A stretch of 64,000 nt of DNA from Amoebidium appalachense. Its lineage: Eukaryota; Protista; Ichthyosporea. The notes beneath the pieces were generated by a model. The model saw nothing but the letters and a program-made list of their open reading frames with translations. It had not been told where the DNA came from and did not search any database. Where the stretch lies: assembly GCA_963693365.1 (NCBI GenBank), contig CAVNZM010000001.1, positions 11,186,161 to 11,250,160 on the forward strand. Reading direction: 5' to 3'. The position numbers were made by a program, and so were the translations under genes. Shown here piece after piece: positions 21,831 to 64,000 of the stretch. How positions within the stretch are numbered: position 1 is the stretch's first letter; every line of letters starts with the position of its first letter.

Positions 21831-22587
21831 CTCGCCCCACACATATGGGTTTTGGGGGATCCAATTTACCTCCAACCATTGGTTTACCTAAAGGTTTGGG
21901 AGCGAAGTAAAAATCGCGCGTGCAAAAAAAAGCGCTGACGGGATCTTGCTTGTGGAGTCTTAGCATCTACATATGATACTGTTACAACGGGTTGCTGGCC
22001 TAAAGTTTGTTACAAGAAGGGTCTCTCTCCCTGCCGACATTCGAATAAGTCCAGGCATTAGGAACGAGAACGCCGGTTACGTCATGCAGTACCTTGTACG
22101 TACGTTTGTCACGGCGTGCCGGGCGGCGGCGGCGGTCTGGGCCGTCCCGGGCGGACGCCACTCGGCGATTCGGTGAAGTTCCGGGCCGGGTTGCAAAGCC
22201 TCATCACGAGCAGCTGCAGGTGCATTTTTCCGTTCCGCCCCACCGCATGTGTGGGGGAGAGCGTACTACGGGGGCGGTCCCATGTATGTGGCTCAACGAA
22301 CACCGGTACCAGGCAAGCTCAAATACATTGGCAAACGCACCTGGTCAGCAAAATTTATGAATGACCAGCGCCATATGCATTGATGCAAGATCTCGAGAGA
22401 AGTACACGCATGCAATCTTCCGAAATTTAACCGTCGAGTAAATGTTAATCGCTCTGAACTCGGGAAATTTAATACAATTTTACAATATTTACAAACGGTA
22501 ATGTATTTATGAGCGGCCCGGGGACATCATTGATCATCATGATCAGTTACGTGTGTGTGTTGCTCTCTCTCTCTCTCTCTCTCTCTC

Positions 22588-22622
<35 letters not shown>

Positions 22623-22984
22623 CCCCGGCCCCCCCCCCCTCTCTCTCTCTCCTCCCTCCCTCTCTCTCTCTCTCTCTCTCTCCCCCCCCCCCCCCCCTCT
22701 CTCTCTCTGTGTGTTTGTGTGTGTGTGTGCGTGTGTGTGCGCGCCCATGTCTGTGTGCGTGGGTGCGTGCGCGATGGAGAGCGAGAACGGGAGGGAGAGG
22801 GGGGTATCGAGAGAGAGGGGAGGGGGCGGGGGGGGAAGGGAGGGAGGGAGAAGAGAGATGTGAGAGAGAGGTTGGGGAGGAAAGAGAGAGAGAGAGATAC
22901 AGGGAGGGAGAGAGGGGGGAGCGGGAGAGAGTGAGAGAGAGAGAAAAGAGAGTGAGTGAGAGAGAAAGAGAGAGAGAGAGAGTG

Positions 22985-23099
<115 letters not shown>

Positions 23100-23662
23100 A
23101 GGAGAGCGAGAAAAGAGAGGGAGAGAGAAAAAGAGGTGGAGAGAAAGAGAGAAAGATCGTGTGTGCGAGGTCGGGTGTAAATCATTATGCGCACTTGCTG
23201 GTCCGATGGCGCGAGCAGCTGCTTATGTGTGTGTGCGTGCAATGGTAAGTGTATGACATCGCATTTGCGCATGTGTGTGTGTCCGTGTGTGTATGTGTTC
23301 ATGCATGTGTGTTATGTGTGTGTCGTGTGTTCGGGGGAGGGGGGGGGGAGGGGGGGGGGGGGGGAGGGAACAGGGGAAGGGATGGGCAGGGGAGAGCGGA
23401 ATGAAAATCATTCTCTCCACAGCACGTCTGTTCGAATTCGGCAAGACTTCGTAGTTTATTGTCCAGCTAATAGTAGACAGATGCAGTGCATTCATTCAAG
23501 TATAGCCACCGCGCTTTCTAACCATTCTTCACATTTAAACCCTCAGTCATGTGTTAAACGGGAAGCGAAAAAAAATTATTGAAAATTCAAAAGAGAGGTG
23601 CCCAACAACAAGCCGTGTGCAAAACCCTTTCATGCATCCCGGTGACCTTCAAATGAGATGTC

Positions 23663-23805
<143 letters not shown>

Positions 23806-23806
23806 A

Positions 23807-23841
<35 letters not shown>

Positions 23842-24572
23842 ATGCGTGTGTGTGCGCGCGCGCGCGCGTGTGCGCACACGTGTGTGCGGGTGCTCGCGCG
23901 CGCATGCATAATGGTACAACAAAGTAAAAGAAAGAAAATCCCATGAAAAAGGAGTAGTGAAGAAGCATCAATGTCGAAGCACATACCCAAGACATCGAAA
24001 GGCAAAAAAGAAGACTGCGGTTTTCGAGGGTTCCACTTAAAAGCTGATCGTGTATCATACTACTTTCATATTGGTGACAATGCATTCAAGTATAATAAGC
24101 TATTATGAAACAACCAATAATAACTCGATAGGTGTACGGAGCCTCTTCATTCACGATAAGACACATCATTCAAGAAGAGAACACATGTTCACATTTTTTT
24201 TTTTTTTTTTTTTTTAAAAAAAAAACAAAAAAAAAAAAGGGTTGTGAGGTTATTAGGCAATCCTGCTAGTTGTGCCCCCAGCATTCACCGGAACATAAGA
24301 AACATAAATAAAAAAACAGATATCCATTCAAGTGGAAAGTCATGAATCCTGGGTGATTCAGCTCATTCGTCAAGAATAACAAAACACCCACCAGTTACAT
24401 AGGGGCCGAAACAAACAAAGAAAGAAAGAAAAAAAGAAAACGTGCAGCCTGAGGGTAACCACAAAGGAGAAACACACTGTGGAGGGCAAAAGAGAGAAAA
24501 GCGGACGCCTTGCTGCCAAAGCCTGGGGGACAAGGGGGGAGGGGAGAGAGGGGGGGGGGGGGGGGGGTTCCA

Positions 24573-47680
<23,108 letters not shown>

Positions 47681-48675
47681 ACTAAGCGCCTATAGGCTGA
47701 GAAACGGATCTCCGCACCTCCTCCTGTCCTTGACCGTAAGATCACTATTTATGGTTGCATCTAACCAACGAAATGCTTTCAAAGTCTTAACTTGCACACC
47801 GCTGCAGAGAAGTTGATGCACTTTTCCGCCAGTAAGCGATCAAATCATGTATGGGATGTTGGTTCTAATTTTCTTTGCAAAGATACCTGCTCTGCCAGTG
47901 CGCACGGGAGGGCTGTGCCGCGGGTCACACAAATTTGCAAAGGCTCCGCTGTGCGGCCTGGATCTTGAGCGTGCGCTGGACAAGATCTAATCCGCAAGTA
48001 AGATTCAGAACCAGCTGCTGGACCTCCTCCGGATCAGCCCTGCCTGGCTGCTGTACATACAACGTTACATAACATGGTGCTACTGTGTATGCATAACATG
48101 TGCGCGTGCACAGCCCAGGAATAAGCATATACGTCATATATGCATACCATTTCTGGGCAACGTGCATATATAGACCTACATATATGTCCGGTGTGTTGCC
48201 CATATGTCAACCCCCCCCCCCCCCCCCCCCCCGGGGCCCCTCCTCGAGAATCCCCTCCCCCCCTCCGCCCCCCCCCCCACCCCCCTCCGGATCCCCCCCG
48301 GAAAAGCTAACTTCCCTGCAGTCGCATACTTCCCCCTTCCCCCTCCCCGCCCCCCCGGCCGCGGATCCCCCCCCCCTCTCCTCCCCCCCAAATTTAAAGT
48401 TCCGGTGTTCCCCCCGTCCCCTCTCTCTCTCACAGTGTGTCAGCAACTCACGTGTGACCTTCAGTACTACGAAGCTGGACGTCATCAGTCATGAAAAAAA
48501 TCCCCGCTATATACAAGCAATGAGCAGAGCAAGGTAGCCAGCTGGAGCAGCTGCAGGAGACGGGGGTGGGTCCGCATGTGTGTGTGTGTGTGTGTGCACG
48601 TGGGTGGGTGTGTGTGTGTGTTTGAGTGTGTGTGTGTGGGTGTGTGGGTGTGTGTGTGTGTGTGTGTGTGTGTTT

Positions 48676-48708
<33 letters not shown>

Positions 48709-49448
48709 GGGGGGGGGAGGGGGGGGGGGGGGGGGGGGGGGGGGCATCGTGAATATGGTCATGAGCATGCCACTCACTGATTATTCTTCTCTTTTTAGGT
48801 ACATGAGTTGATAATTGATTACACGTACACCGTTTCTTCACCTAAACATTTACAAAACAGCATGTGCAAAAAAAATAATTTGATACATCTTACATCAATC
48901 ATGTACATGCAGGACTCCAAAAGGCTGCTGCCATTGCAAGCATGAGCTACCATACATAGCTACGTTTATATACACCGCGCAATTTTGTCATTGATGATTT
49001 TACAGATCTTTAACAGAGGTGAAGTTCTAGGGATGGTAGGGGGGAAGGGAGAAGAGCACAGTTTTGGTACGATTATAATGACTGCAGCATCTATCAGCAA
49101 AGGCTACACAATTAGGCTTCATCTCGTACTGTTGGAGAACAAAGATGTGCGCACCTTTTCACTTCACCAAATTCTTGTTTACTTCGATTTTTAAAACAAT
49201 GGTATCGAATACACTTTAACAATAAAAGTAATAACATTCCTTAAAGAAAGCGAAAACCAAAATTAGAATCCAGAAGGACACTCCCCAAAGCCCCATGCTG
49301 TTTCATAAAGGAGACCAAACAAAAAACAGAGAGATATCAAGGCAGATTACAAAGAAATTGTGTGTGTGTGCGCACGCGGTTCGTGTGTGCACCAGTGTGC
49401 CTGCACCTCCACTGTATGCTTGCCTGCCTGTTGGGAGGAGGATGGGAA

Positions 49449-49486
<38 letters not shown>

Positions 49487-49605
49487 GGGGGGGGGGGGGG
49501 GGGATGAGGGTGTGGTTTCCAAATGTGCGTGTGCGCGTGTGTGTGTGTGTGTGCTCGTGAACGCGCGCGCCTGAATGTCTGTGTGCGTGTGCGCTGACGG
49601 TGCGT

Positions 49606-49656
<51 letters not shown>

Positions 49657-49728
49657 GGGGAGGCGGGGAGGGGGGATATTGAGTATAAAGAATATAACTT
49701 GCAGACGGCTGAAGAAAACCGAAAAGCA

Positions 49729-52322
<2,594 letters not shown>

Positions 52323-52624
52323 TTGCGGGATGAATGAGCAACACACGCACACAACATGCACTGTCACAAATACATACACACACAGAGAGAGACACACATG
52401 CAGACACACACCGTGACACGAAAACACACAGACACACCCTCTTCTTTAAATTGGCCCACACATGATAATGCCATCATGTTATTTCGCACATCATAGGCTT
52501 GCGTGCGCAGTGCGTCCGCACAATTTGCACATGTGGCACTATGTTCACTCACACAGGCCACCACAGTGATTAGCAGTGCCGACTATTTATATCGCACATA
52601 TATATACATGCAGTCAAGCATACC

Positions 52625-52663
52625 CATCCTACTGACAAATACTGACATCCTACTGACAAATAC
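52625..52663. repeat. 21-bp tandem duplication
   Basis: catcctactgacaaatac-tga-catcctactgacaaatac read directly. Confidence 0.85.
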
Positions 52664-53598
52664 ACACATACACGTCTACATGGCACACAAGTCGCAGGCG
52701 CAGACACGCACACACACGTGTGCATGAAAGCTTAGCTACTAATTAAAATTCGAAGCGCTGGTCAAATAAGAAAGAAGGGAAGCGGTAGCTGCTGTTCAGT
52801 GATGGTGGTGGATGAGATTTCTAGAGGGGAAAGGGGGTGGGCCGGGGGAGGAAGGGGAGGTGAGCCTTTGAGAAACGTTGAGAGAGAAGTGTTCAGGAAC
52901 GGCTTCGATCATGAGAGATCCGTCGGACGAACATGGGGATGGGGAGATGGGGAGGAAGGTTATGTGGGTGGGTGGTGGTGGTGGTGGTGGTGGTGGTAGT
53001 GGGGTGGGTGGGTATGGGGGGGGGGGGGGGGGGGGGGGGGGGGAGGGGGAGGCCTGGGGAAGGGGGCGACCGACCACACCGGCAGTCAGCTTGGGGGGGG
53101 AGGGGGGGAGGGGGGGGAAAGAGCCGCCATCCCCTCGAACAGGTGGGTCTCACCCCCAGAAGGCCTAGAGGTCGAGGAGTTTGGGGAGGGGGAGGAGGCC
53201 TAGGGAGGGAGGGGGGGGGGGGGGGGATTGGAGGGGATGGGGAGGGGGGGAGGGGGGCGGGGGAGGGGGGTTACTTAAGGGAGAGACCTTCAAGGGGGAC
53301 GAAATATTTGCTACTGCCCACCCCTCCGTGGCCATTTCACTTCAAAAAATCCTGATGTCCTGACAACGCCGAACTGGGAAAACGGGCTCCTTTGATCAAG
53401 AATACTCGTACTTCTCCACTTGGAAAATGCATAAAAAAAGGAATAGCTATGTACGCTGCATGCAAATCTGGCAGCTATCATCACGGCTTGCTCCCTTTAT
53501 TTTCTATTTTTTCTCAAGGATCACTGAGCTTCCGGGTTCCCTAGCTAGCGCCCGAGTGAGCGCTTCCAACTTGGTTGAACCCAACGAGTACGGCCTTA

Positions 53599-54375
<777 letters not shown>

Positions 54376-54470
54376 TACATCGACGCTGGCTCGAATTCGC
54401 TCAGCTAAAGCCTTTTTTGCCTATCTCTGGAGTGCTGAAGCCTGTGCATGTTTTGATTGAATCAAATTAT

Positions 54471-54510
54471 TTTTGGCGCGCAAAGAACCCCAATGGAATG
54501 GCGCTAAAGA
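54471..54510. promoter_or_regulatory. Putative E2F-like sites upstream of dCMP deaminase
   Basis: TTTTGGCGCGCAAA at 54471-54484 (near-palindromic TTTSSCGC match), CCAAT at ~54490 and TGGCGCTAAA at ~54499, about 360-390 bp upstream of ATG 54861. Confidence 0.5.
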
Positions 54511-54860
54511 GAGTTGGTGCAAAACAAACCTGGTGAGCTGTCCCGGACACTTTCTACGGAACATGCAGACCGGCAGACGCGAGTGACCAGTCGAGTGATC
54601 GCGGTCGTGAGCATTGGACAGAAGGCTAGGGTGGATGATAGTAGTTTACAAAAGCATGCATATGAGAAGCCCTACTTACACTACCACAATCACTTATACT
54701 TCACTATAAGGCCTCATTCGTGTGAAAGTTTCTAATAAAAGCCTTTGAAGCCGCCTTGATGTGGGCATGCTAGAGTGAGGCCTTAAGCGCATATGCTTTC
54801 TCAGGAGCTTTCATTATCAACAAGATGTTGAAGACAAAGGTTGACTTTACAGACCCAGAA

Positions 54861-60740
<5,880 letters not shown>

Positions 60741-61638
60741 AATCTTAGGGGAAAAACATTTGGATATACCTGTATATCCATGCACAAACTATATACCGTT
60801 TGATGCAACAATACTAGTAGTCTATCCATGGATAACTGACAAACAGGCAAGAGATTGAAGGGTGTAGTTGATGCCGGTGTGAATGAATACGGTATGTCCT
60901 ATTGATATGTATGGTTCCAAATTTCCAAGTCGAACTTGCATCGAAATTTCCGAATCTGCAGTTAGCGTGACGCCACCCGGGGGTATTGCACATAGTTGAT
61001 CATGTGTATTGCGAATGAGAAGTACATTCATATCACCCACTGTTGTGTTCTGTTTTAATGGGTGAAAGCCTTTATAAATTACGTGTAACTCTGATTACCG
61101 TTGTGTTTCCTACATACACGACTTGCTTTACGGACTTCTCGCTTTCACCAAACGAATGACTATGTACACATTTGTTCAACAGAGCGTGTGCTTTTTCCGT
61201 CCCTTTTTTTTTTTTTTTTTTTTTTGGGGGGGGGGGGGGGCTGGCTTTGTTTTTGAATACAACCATATTACCCAATACTTGACCTAAACGTACACACGGA
61301 ATATCTCATGCAGAAGCTACAGACATTTTTCTTTGCCGGAGCACGCTAGAAGCAGCCGTAGCCGCAACTCAGTGTGCGAAGAGAGAGGTGACTGTTTGCG
61401 CATGTGCTTCAAAAAGTTGGCACTTTAAAATACAAAACATAAAAATAAAAATTAAGAAAAACAACGGGAGTTGCCGTAGTACGGTACGTAGTTGTACATG
61501 TCGTCGTGTATATTTTGGCAATGAGCAATTGGGTGGAAGTATCATGTCAAAAACAACAGCACCGCTTGAAACCCCCATACTGTACATGTATAAAAACAGT
61601 TATAATTGTGCACCATGACTGCAAGTTTGGTTTTTTCT

Positions 61639-61687
<49 letters not shown>

Positions 61688-61688
61688 A

Positions 61689-61719
<31 letters not shown>

Positions 61720-61972
61720 CACACACACACTGTGACACACGGAAAGAAAAGAGAGAAAAAAAAAAAGAAAAAAAAAAATTAAACCTCAAATCTTAAACAC
61801 TTTGAATATCATTTCTAAAAAAACTTGAAACATTGACGACGTGTTTCAAACCAAATGACCTTTTAACGTTATTATCATACACCAAGAATTTTTGGTTGGT
61901 TTCAAATCATAAAAACCGTTTGAAATCCACGGTAACGCCAGATTGCTCATATCATATATACAGTAACTGGTA

Positions 61973-63499
61973 CTACACAAAATCACTATCAACAAACACT
62001 GTACCATAATAAGTATACATCACGGTACGTAGAGTTAAGCTTCTGCAATCTCCGATCCCTTTCATTTTTGGCCAATCATCAATACCTTTACGGTACACTG
62101 CCACAATGCATTCACCAACTTTCAGAAGAGCCCTATACCTCACCGAGGGTGCACTGGGCAGTGGCGGAGGCACACTCTGTTTGATAAAAGCCACGAATTG
62201 CGTCATTCTTTTTCGTTCTCCTTCCGTGAGCGAATCCGTCGGGTTGGAGATGTTGTTTGACTGGCAAAACGACAGAAACAGTGTCCACGAACCCAGACAA
62301 TGCCGCGTAAAGTTAGCTTGTCAAGCATCAAATCGCTGTTTTTGAATCACTGCCAATTCCTGTGCAACCAACGTTGCTCTTCCGTGGTGGTGGTGCTCAT
62401 CTTCTGCTGCGACTCCAATTCCAATACTTTCTGCTCAAGCATCTCAAACCGCTCCTGTGACGCCAACATCTCTTTGTACGAGTCTTGCTGCTGAAGCAGA
62501 AACGGTTGCATGTCCTGTCCGTTTACCGGGGTGACGTTTGCCGTGGAGGGTTGGGTTGCAAGAGAGGGTTGTGCAGTGGTTGCGGCCGCCTGACCTGGTG
62601 GGTTATGTGAAGGAACAGACAAATTTACTGTCGCAATCTGCTGTTGTTGCTGTATCAGAGCCTGGCGCTGCTGTGCAAGTACCTCTTGCAGCATGGTTAT
62701 CTGTCGGTTCAAGTCTGTCACCTGTTGGGCTGCAAGGGAGGGCTGTGTTGACAATGTCGCCGCCCGGGCCAACGATAAGTTACTAAAAGGCACAGAGAAA
62801 TTTGCAGCCGTCTGTGCAGCCGCATGTGCAGCCACCAGCTGTTGTTGTTGTTGCATTTGTTGTTGCATAAGCTGGTGTCGTTGTAAAAATATCTGGACAG
62901 CTTCAGGGGAGAGCGACGCCAACTGCTGCACGTGCTGCGCCGCACGGGAAGACTGCTGTGTCGCCGACGCCCCGGCCAATGCAGCCGCCAGCGTCGCCGC
63001 CACCAACGAATTACCAGAAACAGAATGAGAGGAGTCATTGGCACGGGTCATTGCAATCTGCTTTTGCAACAGTTCTAGCTGTCGTTGCTGTTGCTGCTGC
63101 TTGGCAACCTCCTGACGCACGGAATTCCTAAACGCCGCGTCCTGTGCTGCCTGTGTTGCTTGCAGGGTTGCCGCCGCGCCCGTGTTTCCTCCGGCGCCGG
63201 TTGAAACCGCAGCGACCGAGGAAGGTGTTTACGCAGGAGGTGCGGGAGTCGCCTGAGCCGCGAACTGTGAAATGAGAACGTCCAGAGGCACAGCGTTGAC
63301 GTCCTTGAGGAGAGTGTTTTTAACGAGTTTCAGTCTTTCTTCAATGTCGGCAAGTGACATGCTGTCCCAGGGGGCCTTGGCATGGAACCACAGACGGTTT
63401 TGGGCCAACGTCTTGTGTCAGCCCGGGTTTACATCTTCAAAACCCGACGGTTTTTTCTGCCAGTTTGTCCAGCAGAGCGAGGCCCCTCTTCCGGAGCCC
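61973..63499 (-). pseudogene. Degraded Q/A-rich coiled-coil protein gene (in-frame stops and one frameshift)
   Basis: After ttttgcag| one frame reads GSGRGASLCWTNWQKKPSGFEDVNPG*HKTLAQNRLWFHAKAPWDSMSLADIEERLKLVK..PAPPA*TPSSVAA.. straight into ORF 62347-63120 (Q/A-rich, ERFEMLEQKVLELESQ). It then shifts frame near 62378 to ATLVAQELAVIQKQRFDA*QANFTRHCLGSWTLFLSFCQSNNISNP..MTQFVAFIKQ..(ORF 61973-62206). Stops: TGA 63418-63420, TAA 63229-63231, TGA ~62321-62323. Confidence 0.7.
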
Positions 63500-64000
63500 C
63501 TGCAAAATAGGGACAATTATCAGTCGATTTCAGTGTGTGTGTCTGTGTGAGTGTGTGTGTGTGCGCGCGCGTATATGTTCGAAAACTAAACTAATCCTTC
63601 ACGGAAGGGAGAAGGGAGAAATGAGAGAGAGAGAGGGGAGGAAAGGAGGGTGGGAGGGAGTGAAAGAGGGGGGATGGGGGGGGGGGGGGGGGGGGGGGGA
63701 CAGCGAGGGAGCGTTGTGGAAAACAATGATTGATAAGGAGCTATGTATCAAGATTCTATCTCCCCCCCCCCCCCCCCCCCCCCCTCCCCCCATCCCCCAC
63801 ACCTTTCACCCTTTCAAACCCCTCCCTAGCCCTCGAGACGAGACTGGCAAAAGAGAAAAGAGAATTTAAAATCCCCCACACAACACAAAAACAAAACACT
63901 CCTAAACAACTTTAAACGCCCGGTAACAGCACCCCATGCATCTACGTTCAGCACAGTCATTCCTCTAAGTTAGCCAAAACGACAAGTAGCCAGTAGGGTG

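Noticed and set aside
21973-22364. GC-rich ORF cluster and possible exon AARDEALQPGPELHRIAEW
   Set aside because: Short, no recognisable domain and no neighbouring exons.
53275-53450. Candidate first exon MATEGWAVANISSPLKVSPL (minus) or a transposase remnant (plus)
   Set aside because: It could not be joined in phase to the kinase exon and has no convincing kinase or DDE motif.
60822-61275. Minus-strand ORFs downstream of DCTD
   Set aside because: Short, in different frames, with no motif; they probably overlap the DCTD 3' UTR.
62321-63420. Stop-codon reassignment or readthrough explaining the in-frame stops
   Set aside because: Intact genes in the window end normally with TGA/TAA and have no internal stops, and the same locus also has a frameshift.

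Overview
Eukaryotic, intron-rich genomic DNA. Canonical GT-AG introns are filled with (CA)n/(GT)n, (CACG)n, (CT)n and long poly-C/poly-G tracts, so almost every ORF in the supplied track is a repeat artefact. The lineage cannot be fixed from the sequence; a unicellular eukaryote is a guess. Manual splicing recovers: (1) the 5' part of RPA1 on the minus strand, running off the left edge; (2) an acidic hypothetical-protein gene at 12.7-15.2 kb; (3) an intronless single-pass membrane protein with a Ser/Thr/Pro stalk and GGA/FxxN beta-helix-type repeats; (4) a ~23 kb gene of roughly 27-30 exons encoding SAM + a duplicated helical/winged-helix-like module + two AAA+ domains, resembling the bacterial Afp15/Pvc15-type ATPases; (5) immediately upstream and co-oriented, a disrupted protein-kinase C-lobe/PARP-type ADP-ribosyltransferase fusion; (6) a TA-flanked Tc1/mariner-type MITE; (7) an intact 6-exon dCMP deaminase; (8) a Q/A-rich pseudogene with stops consistent with C-to-T changes. 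The most novel candidate is the SAM-WHD-WHD-AAA-AAA protein and its kinase-ART neighbour. Exon coordinates were read by eye and may be off by a few bases.
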